64,000 nucleotides of DNA from an uncultured Pseudomonadales bacterium (GTDB taxonomy: Bacteria > Patescibacteriota > Microgenomatia > UBA1400 > Chazhemtobacteraceae). Below, piece by piece: positions 55,142-64,000 of the stretch; positions within the stretch are counted from its first letter, which is position 1, and every line of letters starts with the position of its first letter. The notes under the pieces are model-generated. The model did no database searches and was not told where the DNA came from. It saw only the letters and a program-made list of their open reading frames with translations. The stretch lies in NCBI GenBank assembly GCA_964422035.1, contig CAYQZQ010000001.1, positions 651,786-715,785 on the forward strand. Reading direction: 5' to 3'. Made by a program: the position numbers and the translations under genes.

Positions 55142-56396
55142 TCAAGAAGTGAGGGTTAAGAGTTCAGGTTTAAGTATAAGAGCAAGGCCTAGTAGAAGAA
55201 TGAGAATGCCTCCAATTAGGCGGGAAAGACGTGCATATTTATTTTGAATACCGATGGCGTGAAGAGTAGACATGGCAATGGTGAAGATAATTAAGTCATC
55301 GATCATGAAGATGATTACATAAAAGGCGAGATATAGATAGTATTGGACCGGTGGTAGTTGATTTAAGCTGAGGATATGAGTGTATATAGCTGGTAGGCCG
55401 GCGGAACAGACCAGTTCTATCAAGTTAACAGCAAAAGCGATGACAGCAATACCCAAGATGGCTAGAAGGAGGTTGTGTTGGTGGACTGATTGTTTTAGTT
55501 TTTCAAAAAATTTTTTTTCGCTGTTTTTCACTGGTGGTTTCACAGCCTCCTTGAGGGTTGGAAAAGTAGTCTTTAAGGTAGTAAACTCCTGCTCCTATGG
55601 CAAGTGCACCTATGACAAGGCGTACCCAGGAGATGAAGCCGATAAAGAGAAAGAAGTTAAGCCAGGCGGAAAGGAAAAGAAAATAGACGATACCGGAAGC
55701 TAAAATGAAGCTTAAGCCAAGTATCCATTGTCTGGCACGATTTTTCATGCCCAAAAGTAAGCTGATTAAGAATAATAGTACCCACATGGCGCAAGGATTG
55801 AAGCCGTCGAGAAGAGCGATCAAAAAGGTGAGGACCGGAAGAGAAAGGTTTTCCAGTTTGACACTGCCGATTAGGGGTAGTGAGATTTCTTCAGGTAGAG
55901 ATTGGTTTTGGAGGATTTTTTTTGGTTGAGTTTGGGAGTCTTTTTGGGGAGTTTGAGTGGGAGTGGGAGTGGGTGATTGAGGATTGAGTTGGGATTGAGA
56001 GATAAAGTCCCCTACAGGATCGGGATCGCCCTGTTGTGCAGTTTGTTCGATAATAGTGGTTAGCTTTTGAGGGGTAGTGTTTTTATTGAAACCGGTTATG
56101 TATTGATTGCCGATGATGGTTAGAGGGACCCCGTTGGTGTTGATGTTAAAAACCTGGCCAATTTGTGAAAGCAGGCGAGCGTTTTGAGGGTTTTGACTGA
56201 TTTCAAGGGAGTGGATTTTAAGGTAGGGGTATTGTTGGGGAAGGTCTTCCATATATTCTTCTTGATTGGCACAATGAGGGCAGGAGATGGAGTGGAAGAA
56301 ATAAAGGTTTACCTGATCTTGCTGAGCGCTAGTGGGAGTAGTAAGGGAGAAAAAAGATAAAGAAACTAGAATCAAAGAAGATAAGAGCTTTTTCAT
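55142..56396 (-). pseudogene. thioredoxin-like domain fused to DsbD/CcdA-like transmembrane domain, split into two ORFs (55503..56396 and 55142..55543) by a 1-nt frame change in an A8/T8 homopolymer
   Basis: Upstream ORF carries CPHC and the DGFNPC TM motif. Downstream ORF carries VCSAGLP. The two frames encode SEKQRKKIF and SEKKFFEKLKQ across 55505..55520. Removing one A restores a single ~420 aa ORF. Confidence 0.55.
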
Positions 56397-56665
56397 TTAT
56401 CTTTGTGTTCTTCGATGATTTTGATTAGTTTTTCTTTGGGAACTTCTCCATTGAGTCGGAGAATTTCATCTTTCTTTTTATTAAGAAAGATGAATACGGG
56501 GAGGCGGGTATCTTCAATATCATATTTTTCCATGACTTTTTTGTCCTTATCAAAGTCATAGTATTTGGTATTAAGCCAGGGGTATTGTTGTTCTATTTCT
56601 TGAAAACGAGGTCGCATGACCAGACAAGAAGAGCACCAGTCAGCTCCAATCTTTAGAATTTTCAT
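56393..56665 (-). CDS. thioredoxin-family protein (WCSSC active site)
   Basis: MKILKIGADWCSSCLVM. The start is moved to the internal ATG at 56665. The ORF-track start at 56815 adds an implausible N-terminal extension. Confidence 0.65.
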   Translation of the reverse strand: MKILKIGADWCSSCLVMRPRFQEIEQQYPWLNTKYYDFDKDKKVMEKYDIEDTRLPVFIFLNKKKDEILRLNGEVPKEKLIKIIEEHKDK

Positions 56666-56744
56666 ACTTTTAAGTTTACTATTTTTAGAGTTGTTTGGCC
56701 AGGAAAAAGCCGATGTTGATAATGGGTTGGGGGAGATTGGTATA

Positions 56745-57302
56745 ATGTGGGTTATGTCAACTAAAGGCCGAATACCACAAAATTGGAGATTGAGGAAAGA
56801 GAGATTGACGGGCAATTCTTTGCAGTATAAAAAATATGAAGAGTTTGAGAGTGGAGAGATGGTGGTTAAGAAGAGATGTTTGAGTTATCGTAATTGGGAA
56901 GTTGTACTAGACGGATCGGTTAGAGATTTTGGTAAAAATGTGATTAAAAAAGTTTTGGCTACAGCTGGATTGAGAGAGAGGCCTAAAGAGACTAGTAAAT
57001 TGGTGTTGTCTTTATTGTCCCGACAGGAAGATTGGATAAGTGACCAATTAGATGTTTTGGCAAAAGGAATGATTAGTGGGGCAGGAGAGGTTAAGTTAGA
57101 AGTTAAAGAAGGGGTATTGTTGGCGGCAAATGATTTAGCAGCGGGAGGTGAGTTGGATGCAGTGCAGTTAGCCCAGGTAGCGCAGGGGGCAGGGTTAGAT
57201 GAACATGAGGCCTTAAAATATGTAAAGATAACAATGGATGGGGCAAGTGAGACGGCTATAAAGAAGGTGTATTTGGGAGAGCAAGAAAAAGTAAGAGTTT
57301 AA
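56745..57302 (+). CDS. hypothetical soluble protein (start uncertain)
   Basis: ORF 56616.. overlaps the thioredoxin gene. The internal starts at 56745 or 56754 follow a TATAAT at 56741-46. Confidence 0.4.
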   Translation: MWVMSTKGRIPQNWRLRKERLTGNSLQYKKYEEFESGEMVVKKRCLSYRNWEVVLDGSVRDFGKNVIKKVLATAGLRERPKETSKLVLSLLSRQEDWISDQLDVLAKGMISGAGEVKLEVKEGVLLAANDLAAGGELDAVQLAQVAQGAGLDEHEALKYVKITMDGASETAIKKVYLGEQEKVRV

Positions 57303-58048
57303 GGATTTAGGGTTAAAGTTTGAGGTTCAGTGGTGGTGGTGTTGTTTTGAGAGTCTGTGATGGTGATGGTGAAGTAATAAATTTGATTTGAGTTAAGATC
57401 GGTGAGGGTGGCTCTATGTTGGGTTTTGGTCTCTTGTGCCACAGTGTATGTATAAAGAGGAGGCTGGTTATTTTTATTGGGTAGATTTTGATAAAGCTTA
57501 AGTTGTGAGGCTACAGGTTGTGATGTGTTGAAGGTGATTAGAGCTGAACGGGGAGGGATCTGGGTGATTTGGGGGGTAGAGATGGTGGCTGATGCTTTAG
57601 CTGGTTGAGATTGAGGTTGAGGATTGGTTATATATTTGATAGTTAAGGGCAAGCCGGCAGTGATGGATAGGATCAGTAAGGTGGGAATGACTACGCCAAT
57701 AATAGATCGAGGTTGAAGGGAGGACTGAGAAGAGTTTTTTTGTTTGTATAGTTGTTTGAGGTGTTGATGGGGAAAAAAATTGCCATGACCTTGTGGACAG
57801 GCCCAGATTTGGGTGTCTGATTTGTCGGGTCTGATAAGAGAGAGGCGATCTTGGCATATTGGACAGCGAAGAGGGTCGGGAGGATCGATATCTTTGTCGG
57901 GTTGATTTTCTTCAAGTTGGTTGACTGTTTGTTTGTCGATTTTTTTTACAAGATGAGGGGCGAGCCAGTTTCCTTGACAGTTGGAGCAGTGATGGATTTT
58001 CTGATGGTCGGTGGTTTCTAGTTGAGATTGGCAATAGGGGCAGTTCAT
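57299..58048 (-). CDS. tandem zinc-ribbon + single TM + exported Thr/Gln-rich domain protein
   Basis: Four CxxC pairs: CPYC...CSNC and CPIC...CPQGH. Confidence 0.5.
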   Translation of the reverse strand: MNCPYCQSQLETTDHQKIHHCSNCQGNWLAPHLVKKIDKQTVNQLEENQPDKDIDPPDPLRCPICQDRLSLIRPDKSDTQIWACPQGHGNFFPHQHLKQLYKQKNSSQSSLQPRSIIGVVIPTLLILSITAGLPLTIKYITNPQPQSQPAKASATISTPQITQIPPRSALITFNTSQPVASQLKLYQNLPNKNNQPPLYTYTVAQETKTQHRATLTDLNSNQIYYFTITITDSQNNTTTTEPQTLTLNP

Positions 58049-58063
58049 AGATTTAGTATATAT

Positions 58064-59008
58064 TTAGAAGGCGGCAATTAAAACTGCAAAGCCGTGATTG
58101 GCAGCAGCGCACGCCCAGACGTATGAGCCATCCTGCATTAATGCTTGGTGTCCTAAAGAGCTGTTCCAAGCTTGGAGAGCGGTTTGAGCTGTGGGATATC
58201 CATAAAGAATGTTTTCTGCGACTTGATTGAAGCGTATCCTGTCTTGTTGTTTGTACTGTTGGATTAAGGGATTAAAACCATGGTGGTCGTCAAGTTTTCC
58301 CAGTTCGATGAGTTGGTTAACTCGGATTGAGGCAATTGTACAGAGAGTGTTGTCTTGCTTGAACTCAGGGACGCCGTGTTCTCGTCGATATTTTTGGATT
58401 TCCTGCCAGATCTCTACCCCGGTATAGTAGTCCGGTTTGGGGGTGATCGAGGAAGGTTGGGTATGGGTTTTATTTTGAGGTGAGGCTAGAACTACTACTG
58501 ATATCAGTTCTTTGGGTGAGGTTAGTTCAAGCTGTGAGGTGCCAATATGCTGAAATGATTGGTCCAGTAGGGTTTGAGGCTCGTTGTTTATCCAGATTTC
58601 TTCGGATGTTTGGATTAAGGGGAGCGGGGATGTTTGGGTTAAAAAAGCAATGTGTTGATAGTCGTAGTCAGCGAGCTGGGCGGCTTTTTTGATATCAAGT
58701 TGGGGGGAATCGGTTGCAGTTTGGCTGGCGAGGTTAAGAGCTATGTAGTAGGCGGCATCATTAAGTTTTGAGTGGGGTTGGAGGGAAGGTAGATTGTTTT
58801 GGTTGCGAAATGAGTTGATGGCAGGGATGGGTTGTGATTTGAGTGTGGGTGTGGAGTAGCCCAGGCGAGATTTAATCTTTTGATAAAAGTCTTGAGCTAG
58901 TTGGGGTTGGTAGAGAAGAAAGGCGGCTAGGATAGAGAGGCTGATTATGGAAGGAAGCAGGCGGAGAAAGATTTTTGGAAGCTTGAATTTGTTTGTAGAG
59001 GTTGCCAT
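58064..59008 (-). CDS. membrane-anchored CAP/SCP (PR-1-like) domain protein
   Basis: C-terminus LCTIASIRVNQLIELGKLDDHHGF...GHQALMQDGSYVWACAAANHG resembles the CAP signatures. Confidence 0.5.
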   Translation of the reverse strand: MATSTNKFKLPKIFLRLLPSIISLSILAAFLLYQPQLAQDFYQKIKSRLGYSTPTLKSQPIPAINSFRNQNNLPSLQPHSKLNDAAYYIALNLASQTATDSPQLDIKKAAQLADYDYQHIAFLTQTSPLPLIQTSEEIWINNEPQTLLDQSFQHIGTSQLELTSPKELISVVVLASPQNKTHTQPSSITPKPDYYTGVEIWQEIQKYRREHGVPEFKQDNTLCTIASIRVNQLIELGKLDDHHGFNPLIQQYKQQDRIRFNQVAENILYGYPTAQTALQAWNSSLGHQALMQDGSYVWACAAANHGFAVLIAAF

Positions 59009-59113
59009 GTATTAATTTTACAACAGAGGTTGTAAGGTTTGGAATGAGCTGGTATGATACTGATAGTTTTCACAGGCCCACAGAAGGTGCTGGACAAAGA
59101 AAGGAGGTGCTAG

Positions 59114-59392
59114 ATGGATAAAAACTTAAATGATAAACAAAAAAAGAGATTATATGTAGGCAATTTGCCGTATAGTGTACGGACGCCTGATCTAAGGCAG
59201 ATGCTTTCATCGTTTGGTGAAGTAGAAGATGCTGTTGTGATGCAAGAGCCGGATTCTGATAAATCAAAAGGATTTGGGTTTGTAACTATGGGTACAGTAG
59301 CTCAGGCAGAAAGAGCAGCAAGTCAGATGAATGGAAAAGAGATTGAAGAGAGAATTATTGTTTGTAATATAGCTAAGCCCAGGGAAGAATAA
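59114..59392 (+). CDS. RRM-type RNA-binding protein (second copy)
   Basis: LYVGNL and KGFGFVTM. Confidence 0.8.
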   Translation: MDKNLNDKQKKRLYVGNLPYSVRTPDLRQMLSSFGEVEDAVVMQEPDSDKSKGFGFVTMGTVAQAERAASQMNGKEIEERIIVCNIAKPREE

Positions 59393-59409
59393 GACTTGAT
59401 GGTACAATT

Positions 59410-61344
59410 TTGGGTATGAATATGGAGAAATTTAAGAAAGTAGTGGTGATAGGTTTTGTGTGGGCAGTGATAGGTGGCTTATTATTGGGTATGCTGGATG
59501 TGGATGCTATTTTAGTTTCTTCTAAACATGATTTGGGTAGTATTCCTTATTTGTCGTGGGTTTCGGTATCTTGGGTTTTATTGTTGGGAGTGCTATTAAT
59601 GTTAGCTTGGTTTGGGGTATGGTTATGGTTGGTGGGTTGGTTGTTGGCGTGGATGGATCGAGATTTTGATTTAGAGAAAAAAACTTTGGTAGCTTTAGGG
59701 GGCGGAGGAGCTCTTTTTGGTGTAGTTTTGGGTTTTATGGGAAGTGGGGCTGTGGGTTTGTTAAGTTGGGTGAAGGTTTTGGGTTTGTCAGTTGGGATTG
59801 GAGTGCTGGTTGGTTTTGTGATCTGGATTTTTATTGACTGGATGGAAGTAAGAGGTTTTAAGTGGGAAAAATGGTGGTTGATGTTTAGTTGGTTAGTGGG
59901 GGTAGTATTTACAGTGGTTGTTTTGGTAGTTATTTTTCAGGGGATAAGGGTTTTATCTAAAGGTAGAGTTAATCAAGTTATGGAAGGGGCAGGAGGAGAA
60001 GGCAAAAATCTTATTCTGATTACTATGGAGGCTTGGAGAGAAGATGATTTTAATGATAGTTTGATGGGAAGCTTGAGTAGGTGGAGCGAGGAGGCTTTGG
60101 TGTTTGAGAAAGCATACAGTCCAGCTCCTTGGACATTGCCTAGTTTTGCTTCGATGATGAGTGGTTATTATCCTGGTCAGTTAGGTGTAAGTACAACGGA
60201 CTACTCGGTAGATGAAATTAAATATGGTGGTAGATTAGTTGAGGAAGTGGAGACTTTGGCGGAAAGATTGGGTAGTGAAGGTTATTTAACGCAAGGTTTT
60301 TTGACCAATGAGTGGTTGTCTAGAGAGAGGGGTTTTGGTCAGGGTATGGAAGGAGTAGTTCAGTTGGAGGTTCAAAGGCCTTATCATTATGTGTTTCATG
60401 GCAAGGATATGAGTTTGGTGCAGTGGTATAAAAGATTGGGCTTGGAAAAAGAGGTTATTAAGGGATGGGATTTTTTGGTGGGAGAGGCGAGTTTGCATAA
60501 ATGGGGAACAGATGCAGAGCAAGTAGTGGGATTGGGGAGAAATTGGTTGCTTAAGGAGCCAGTTGAGCCTTTCTTTTTATGGATGCATTTGATGGACCCT
60601 CATGCGCCTTATCAGCCAGAGGAAAGGTATGGTCCAGAGGCGACAGAGGTGGCTGAAGAGAAAATAAGAGAGTTGCAGGAGTTGCGACCATTAGATAGGG
60701 AAAAAATAAGGTGGAGAGAGATAGATAAAAAAGTGTATAAGGAACTGTATCAGGGAGAACTTAAATATGTAGATGAAAATTTGGTATCTAGGTTTTTAAA
60801 AAGAGTAGAAGAATGGGGTTATTTGGATGATAGTGTAGTGGTGATTACTTCAGATCATGGAGAAGAGTTTTGGGAGCATGGTGGACTTGGTCATGCAACG
60901 ACTTTGTATGACGAGCAAGTGAGAGTTCCGTTGATGGTGAGAGCGCCAGAGCAAAAGCCAGATATAAGAGATGATGTAGTTAGTTTGGTTGATTTGAAGT
61001 ATTCAATGCTGGATATATTGGACATAGAAGAAAGTGATAGGAGTTGGTGGAGTGATAATTATGAAAATAGAGTGTGGTTAGAGGGGAACGGGAGAGGTCC
61101 GTATTTGAAAGCAGTGGTAGAAGACGGGTGGAAATTAATCTGGAATATGTTTGAAGATAGTTATGAATTGTATGATTTAAGAGTGGATGAGGGGGAGAAA
61201 AACAATGTAGTTAATAAGTATGTAGGAGTAACTGCAAGGTTAAAGAAGTTATTGCAAGAGCACGTGGAAGAAAATGAGGAGTTTTATCAAAGATTAGATA
61301 AGGGTGAAGTAAAAGAAGGTTTGGGTGATGTAGTAGGTTATTAA
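59410..61344 (+). CDS. membrane-anchored sulfatase/alkaline-phosphatase-superfamily protein (LtaS-like architecture: 5 TM + exported catalytic domain)
   Basis: N-terminal TM bundle. LILITMEAWRED, PWTLPSFASMMSG and ITSDHGEEFWEHGGLGHAT match the sulfatase metal-binding regions. Confidence 0.6.
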   Translation: MGMNMEKFKKVVVIGFVWAVIGGLLLGMLDVDAILVSSKHDLGSIPYLSWVSVSWVLLLGVLLMLAWFGVWLWLVGWLLAWMDRDFDLEKKTLVALGGGGALFGVVLGFMGSGAVGLLSWVKVLGLSVGIGVLVGFVIWIFIDWMEVRGFKWEKWWLMFSWLVGVVFTVVVLVVIFQGIRVLSKGRVNQVMEGAGGEGKNLILITMEAWREDDFNDSLMGSLSRWSEEALVFEKAYSPAPWTLPSFASMMSGYYPGQLGVSTTDYSVDEIKYGGRLVEEVETLAERLGSEGYLTQGFLTNEWLSRERGFGQGMEGVVQLEVQRPYHYVFHGKDMSLVQWYKRLGLEKEVIKGWDFLVGEASLHKWGTDAEQVVGLGRNWLLKEPVEPFFLWMHLMDPHAPYQPEERYGPEATEVAEEKIRELQELRPLDREKIRWREIDKKVYKELYQGELKYVDENLVSRFLKRVEEWGYLDDSVVVITSDHGEEFWEHGGLGHATTLYDEQVRVPLMVRAPEQKPDIRDDVVSLVDLKYSMLDILDIEESDRSWWSDNYENRVWLEGNGRGPYLKAVVEDGWKLIWNMFEDSYELYDLRVDEGEKNNVVNKYVGVTARLKKLLQEHVEENEEFYQRLDKGEVKEGLGDVVGY

Positions 61345-61358
61345 GATAGATAAAATAA

Positions 61359-63386
61359 ATGAAATACTTTATATGTTTATTACTGGTGATTGCTGGTTGG
61401 CAGATGGGACTGGTGGAAGAGGTGTGGGCGGATGAAAGAGGAGAAGTGATAATAATTAATCAAGTAAGAGGAGAAAGGTGTTGTGGTGAGGGATCTGTTG
61501 AAAATTTAGAGTTTCAATTGAAGTTGTTGGAAGAGAAAGACTTAAAAGGTTTTTTCTTGTTGCGATATGATGCTTTGAAAAATGAAGAAATGATGGGGTT
61601 GGTAAATAAGTATTGGCAAAAAGGGGTGATAAGCCCCGGTGTTTTGATGGAGGTAATACCTGGCTTGGTTGATAGAGAAATTTATGAAAAAAAAGGAGGA
61701 GAGTGGTATGAGGCAAGAAAAGTGTTTAGTGTTGGATATGGTCAGCTGGAAAGAAAAGAGATAATTGATAGGTTAATGAGTGAGTTTTATGGTCAATTTG
61801 GATTTTATCCTAAGATTGGAGGAGCATGGATGGTGGATGGGTTTTCGTTAGATTATATGTATGAGCGTTATGGAGTGGAGGTTTTTGAGATTACTAGAGA
61901 GCAATGGGGAACGGATACTTATAAGTTATATGGAGGGATGCACTATCCATATTTGGCCAGTGAAAGTTGGCCATTGGTTCCAGATTTTGTAGATGGGAAA
62001 GTGTTAATGGTAAGACAGACGATTAGTGATCCTTTGTATAACTATGGAGACAATAGTGATTCTTTTACTTCTCAGCCTAATGATTATTCCAACGGTGGTA
62101 AGAATTTTAAGTATTTTAAGGCTTTATTCGATCAAGTTGTAATTGAAAACGAATCAGGTTGGGCTGTGTTGGGGCTTGAGAATTCAATGGAGGAAAGATA
62201 TCAAAGAGAGTTTGAGAGACAATTAGAGTATGTGAAGGAATTAAGAGACAAAAAGATGGTGAAAGTAGTAAGTGAGATTGATCAATTGCGGCATTGGAAA
62301 AAGAATGAGGTAAGGATTTATGAAGGTAAGGACCTGATTAATGATGAGAGTGATCAGAGGGTGTGGTGGGTGGAAAGCGGGAGGTATAGGATGAGAATAA
62401 GAAGTGATGGAGAGAAGGTTTTTATTGACGATGTAAGGATTTATGATGATTGGCAGGATCCATATTGGAAAGAAAAAGTTGAAACAGAAGGGGTTTGGGT
62501 TGTCCCCTTTTTGATTGATGGGTCTCGTTGGTATAAAGAGGAAGATGAAAAGCTTTGGTGGAGGGGTTGGTTTGGGCCGCCGGAGGTAGAAAAAAAGTTT
62601 AAAAATGTAAGTAGTGATGTTGGAAGTGATCCGATGAGATTGGTTTTAGGAGAATCTAACGGAGTTGAATTAAAAGATGGTGTTTTGCAGTGGGATGGTG
62701 GAAAGAAGAAAATTAATTTTTATAAGGATCATTGGGTGGGAGAGGGTTTTGGTGTTGGAGACTTAGAGTATGTTGGATGGCAGGATGAAAATTATCCGGT
62801 GGTTGTTGAGAGAGATGGAGAGGGCAAAGAATTGACATTTAAATGGTTGATTGATGGAGAGGTCAGTCATTGGATGAAGATAGAGGGTGAAAAGCAAAGT
62901 TATTGGAGTTGGGGGAGCAGAGAAGAGTTATGGGGTCAGATTTTAGAGGATCATTATGCTTATGCTTGGCCGGAGCCAAGACATAGAGAGGTAAGTGGAA
63001 GTGAGAGTGTTGTATATGCTCATAATTTAGTAGCGGTTGCAGGCAGGAATCCAGTTAGGTTGGTGGTTTTGCTTTATGATAAAGCGGGAATGGGGGTAGT
63101 CAATGACATGCTTGAGATTGGAATAAAAGGAGAGGGAATAGAGACAAATTTAATAAGTCAAGATAAAAGACAAGTGCAGTTAATTGATTTATATAGTGAA
63201 AAGCCTCAAAAGGCTGAAGTAGAGCTAGTATTAGGAAATGAGGTAATAAAAAAAACAGTATGGTGGGCGCCTAATTGTAAACAAAACTGGAAGTACTGCA
63301 TGACTCATTCAATAAAAGGTTGGTGGTATTTGAGAGGCGTGGGAGGAGATTGGTTAAGAAGGGTGGTGTTAGGAGAAAGCCAGTGA
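61359..63386 (+). CDS. large secreted hypothetical protein (Trp/Tyr-rich)
   Basis: Signal peptide MKYFICLLLVIAGWQMGLVEEVWA. No family recognised. Confidence 0.5.
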   Translation: MKYFICLLLVIAGWQMGLVEEVWADERGEVIIINQVRGERCCGEGSVENLEFQLKLLEEKDLKGFFLLRYDALKNEEMMGLVNKYWQKGVISPGVLMEVIPGLVDREIYEKKGGEWYEARKVFSVGYGQLERKEIIDRLMSEFYGQFGFYPKIGGAWMVDGFSLDYMYERYGVEVFEITREQWGTDTYKLYGGMHYPYLASESWPLVPDFVDGKVLMVRQTISDPLYNYGDNSDSFTSQPNDYSNGGKNFKYFKALFDQVVIENESGWAVLGLENSMEERYQREFERQLEYVKELRDKKMVKVVSEIDQLRHWKKNEVRIYEGKDLINDESDQRVWWVESGRYRMRIRSDGEKVFIDDVRIYDDWQDPYWKEKVETEGVWVVPFLIDGSRWYKEEDEKLWWRGWFGPPEVEKKFKNVSSDVGSDPMRLVLGESNGVELKDGVLQWDGGKKKINFYKDHWVGEGFGVGDLEYVGWQDENYPVVVERDGEGKELTFKWLIDGEVSHWMKIEGEKQSYWSWGSREELWGQILEDHYAYAWPEPRHREVSGSESVVYAHNLVAVAGRNPVRLVVLLYDKAGMGVVNDMLEIGIKGEGIETNLISQDKRQVQLIDLYSEKPQKAEVELVLGNEVIKKTVWWAPNCKQNWKYCMTHSIKGWWYLRGVGGDWLRRVVLGESQ

Positions 63387-64000
63387 TTATTGAAGGTGTT
63401 TGAGGCCTAGTGTGGTGATGTCTGAGATTTTGGGATTTTTGATTTGTAGTTTTTGATTGGAGAGAAGAATGCCTGGGACTAGTTGACCATCGAAGAGATG
63501 ATCTCCTGACCATTTTTGATTGTTTTTGGTTAAGACTCTTTCACCCAAGTCGCCAACAGCGGTTTCCCATGAGGCACGGAATCCTTTTTTATAGCCAACT
63601 ATTAAATCAGGAGCGTTGTTGAGGTTGGAGATACCCAATTCTTTTTTGGTGTAGATGTGATTGATTACATTTTGCCCTTGGAATGAGAGATTCTCTAGTA
63701 TGTTGATGATGTCCTTGGTGATTTTTGGTTCTTGTTTTGAGGTAACAATGCCGTGTTTTTCTCTGTTTTTGAGGTTTAGATATATACTGTTGAAGCCTAG
63801 GGCGTAGGCTTTGGTTTTTTTCCAGTTGGTGTTTTGTAGTAGATCGTTGCTTTTTTTATTATTTTTAAGAGTGAGAAGGTTGTTTTCAACAAGGAGATTA
63901 TTAAGATTGACGTGATAGTCTAAGGGTCCAAAACCATGATCTGATAAAACAATGAGTAGGTCATCTTTGCTTAGGTGTTTTAGGAATTTTCCGATTGTTT
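63387..64000 (-). CDS. alkaline-phosphatase-family (type I phosphodiesterase/nucleotide pyrophosphatase-like) protein, C-terminal part (N-terminus beyond window end)
   Basis: Manual translation from 63998 downward is open: ...LLIVLSDHGFGPLDYHVN...SGDHLFDGQLVPGILL. The ORF track lists only the last 83 aa from an internal Met. Confidence 0.55.
   Translation of the reverse strand, partial: TIGKFLKHLSKDDLLIVLSDHGFGPLDYHVNLNNLLVENNLLTLKNNKKSNDLLQNTNWKKTKAYALGFNSIYLNLKNREKHGIVTSKQEPKITKDIINILENLSFQGQNVINHIYTKKELGISNLNNAPDLIVGYKKGFRASWETAVGDLGERVLTKNNQKWSGDHLFDGQLVPGILLSNQKLQIKNPKISDITTLGLKHLQ

Overview
This 64 kb window is densely coded with short genes and about 40% GC. Small RRM proteins, SpoIID/M23 wall enzymes and many two-TM pilin-like genes give it the look of a reduced-genome, possibly CPR/Patescibacteria-like, bacterium; that taxonomic guess is inference only. 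Housekeeping content comprises smpB with an adjacent tmRNA, dnaG-rpoD, tdk, murB, uppS, idi plus a polyprenyl synthase, HPF and a CarD-like regulator. There are six tRNAs, four of them distinct tRNA-Ser isoacceptors. The most striking feature is at the 5' end (1..12.9 kb), a type-IV-secretion/conjugation-like pilus locus with no ATPase in the window. It holds a PrgI/VirB3-like gene running off the window start, which the ORF track misses. It also holds a VirB6/TrbL-like polytopic membrane protein and a large secreted protein with a lytic-transglycosylase-like C-terminus. Nine paralogous VirB2/TrbC-like pilin genes complete it, seven in tandem and two more separated by an isoprenoid trio. Three of the pilins share a near-identical ~65-nt DNA core, which points to gene conversion. 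Other accessory items follow. An HTH-LAGLIDADG endonuclease gene sits between two tRNA-Ser genes. An AbiEii-type nucleotidyltransferase toxin pairs with a small overlapping partner. A two-component-regulated MacAB-like efflux module carries small secreted proteins. A thioredoxin-CcdA-like gene is split by one base in an A8/T8 homopolymer. A large Trp/Cys-rich secreted repeat protein carries a perfect 42-bp tandem duplication. It lies beside a ~510-bp AT-rich non-coding region with a 17-bp palindrome. No rRNA, CRISPR array or phage structural genes were seen. All calls rest on motifs read by eye and recalled family signatures, not on database searches.
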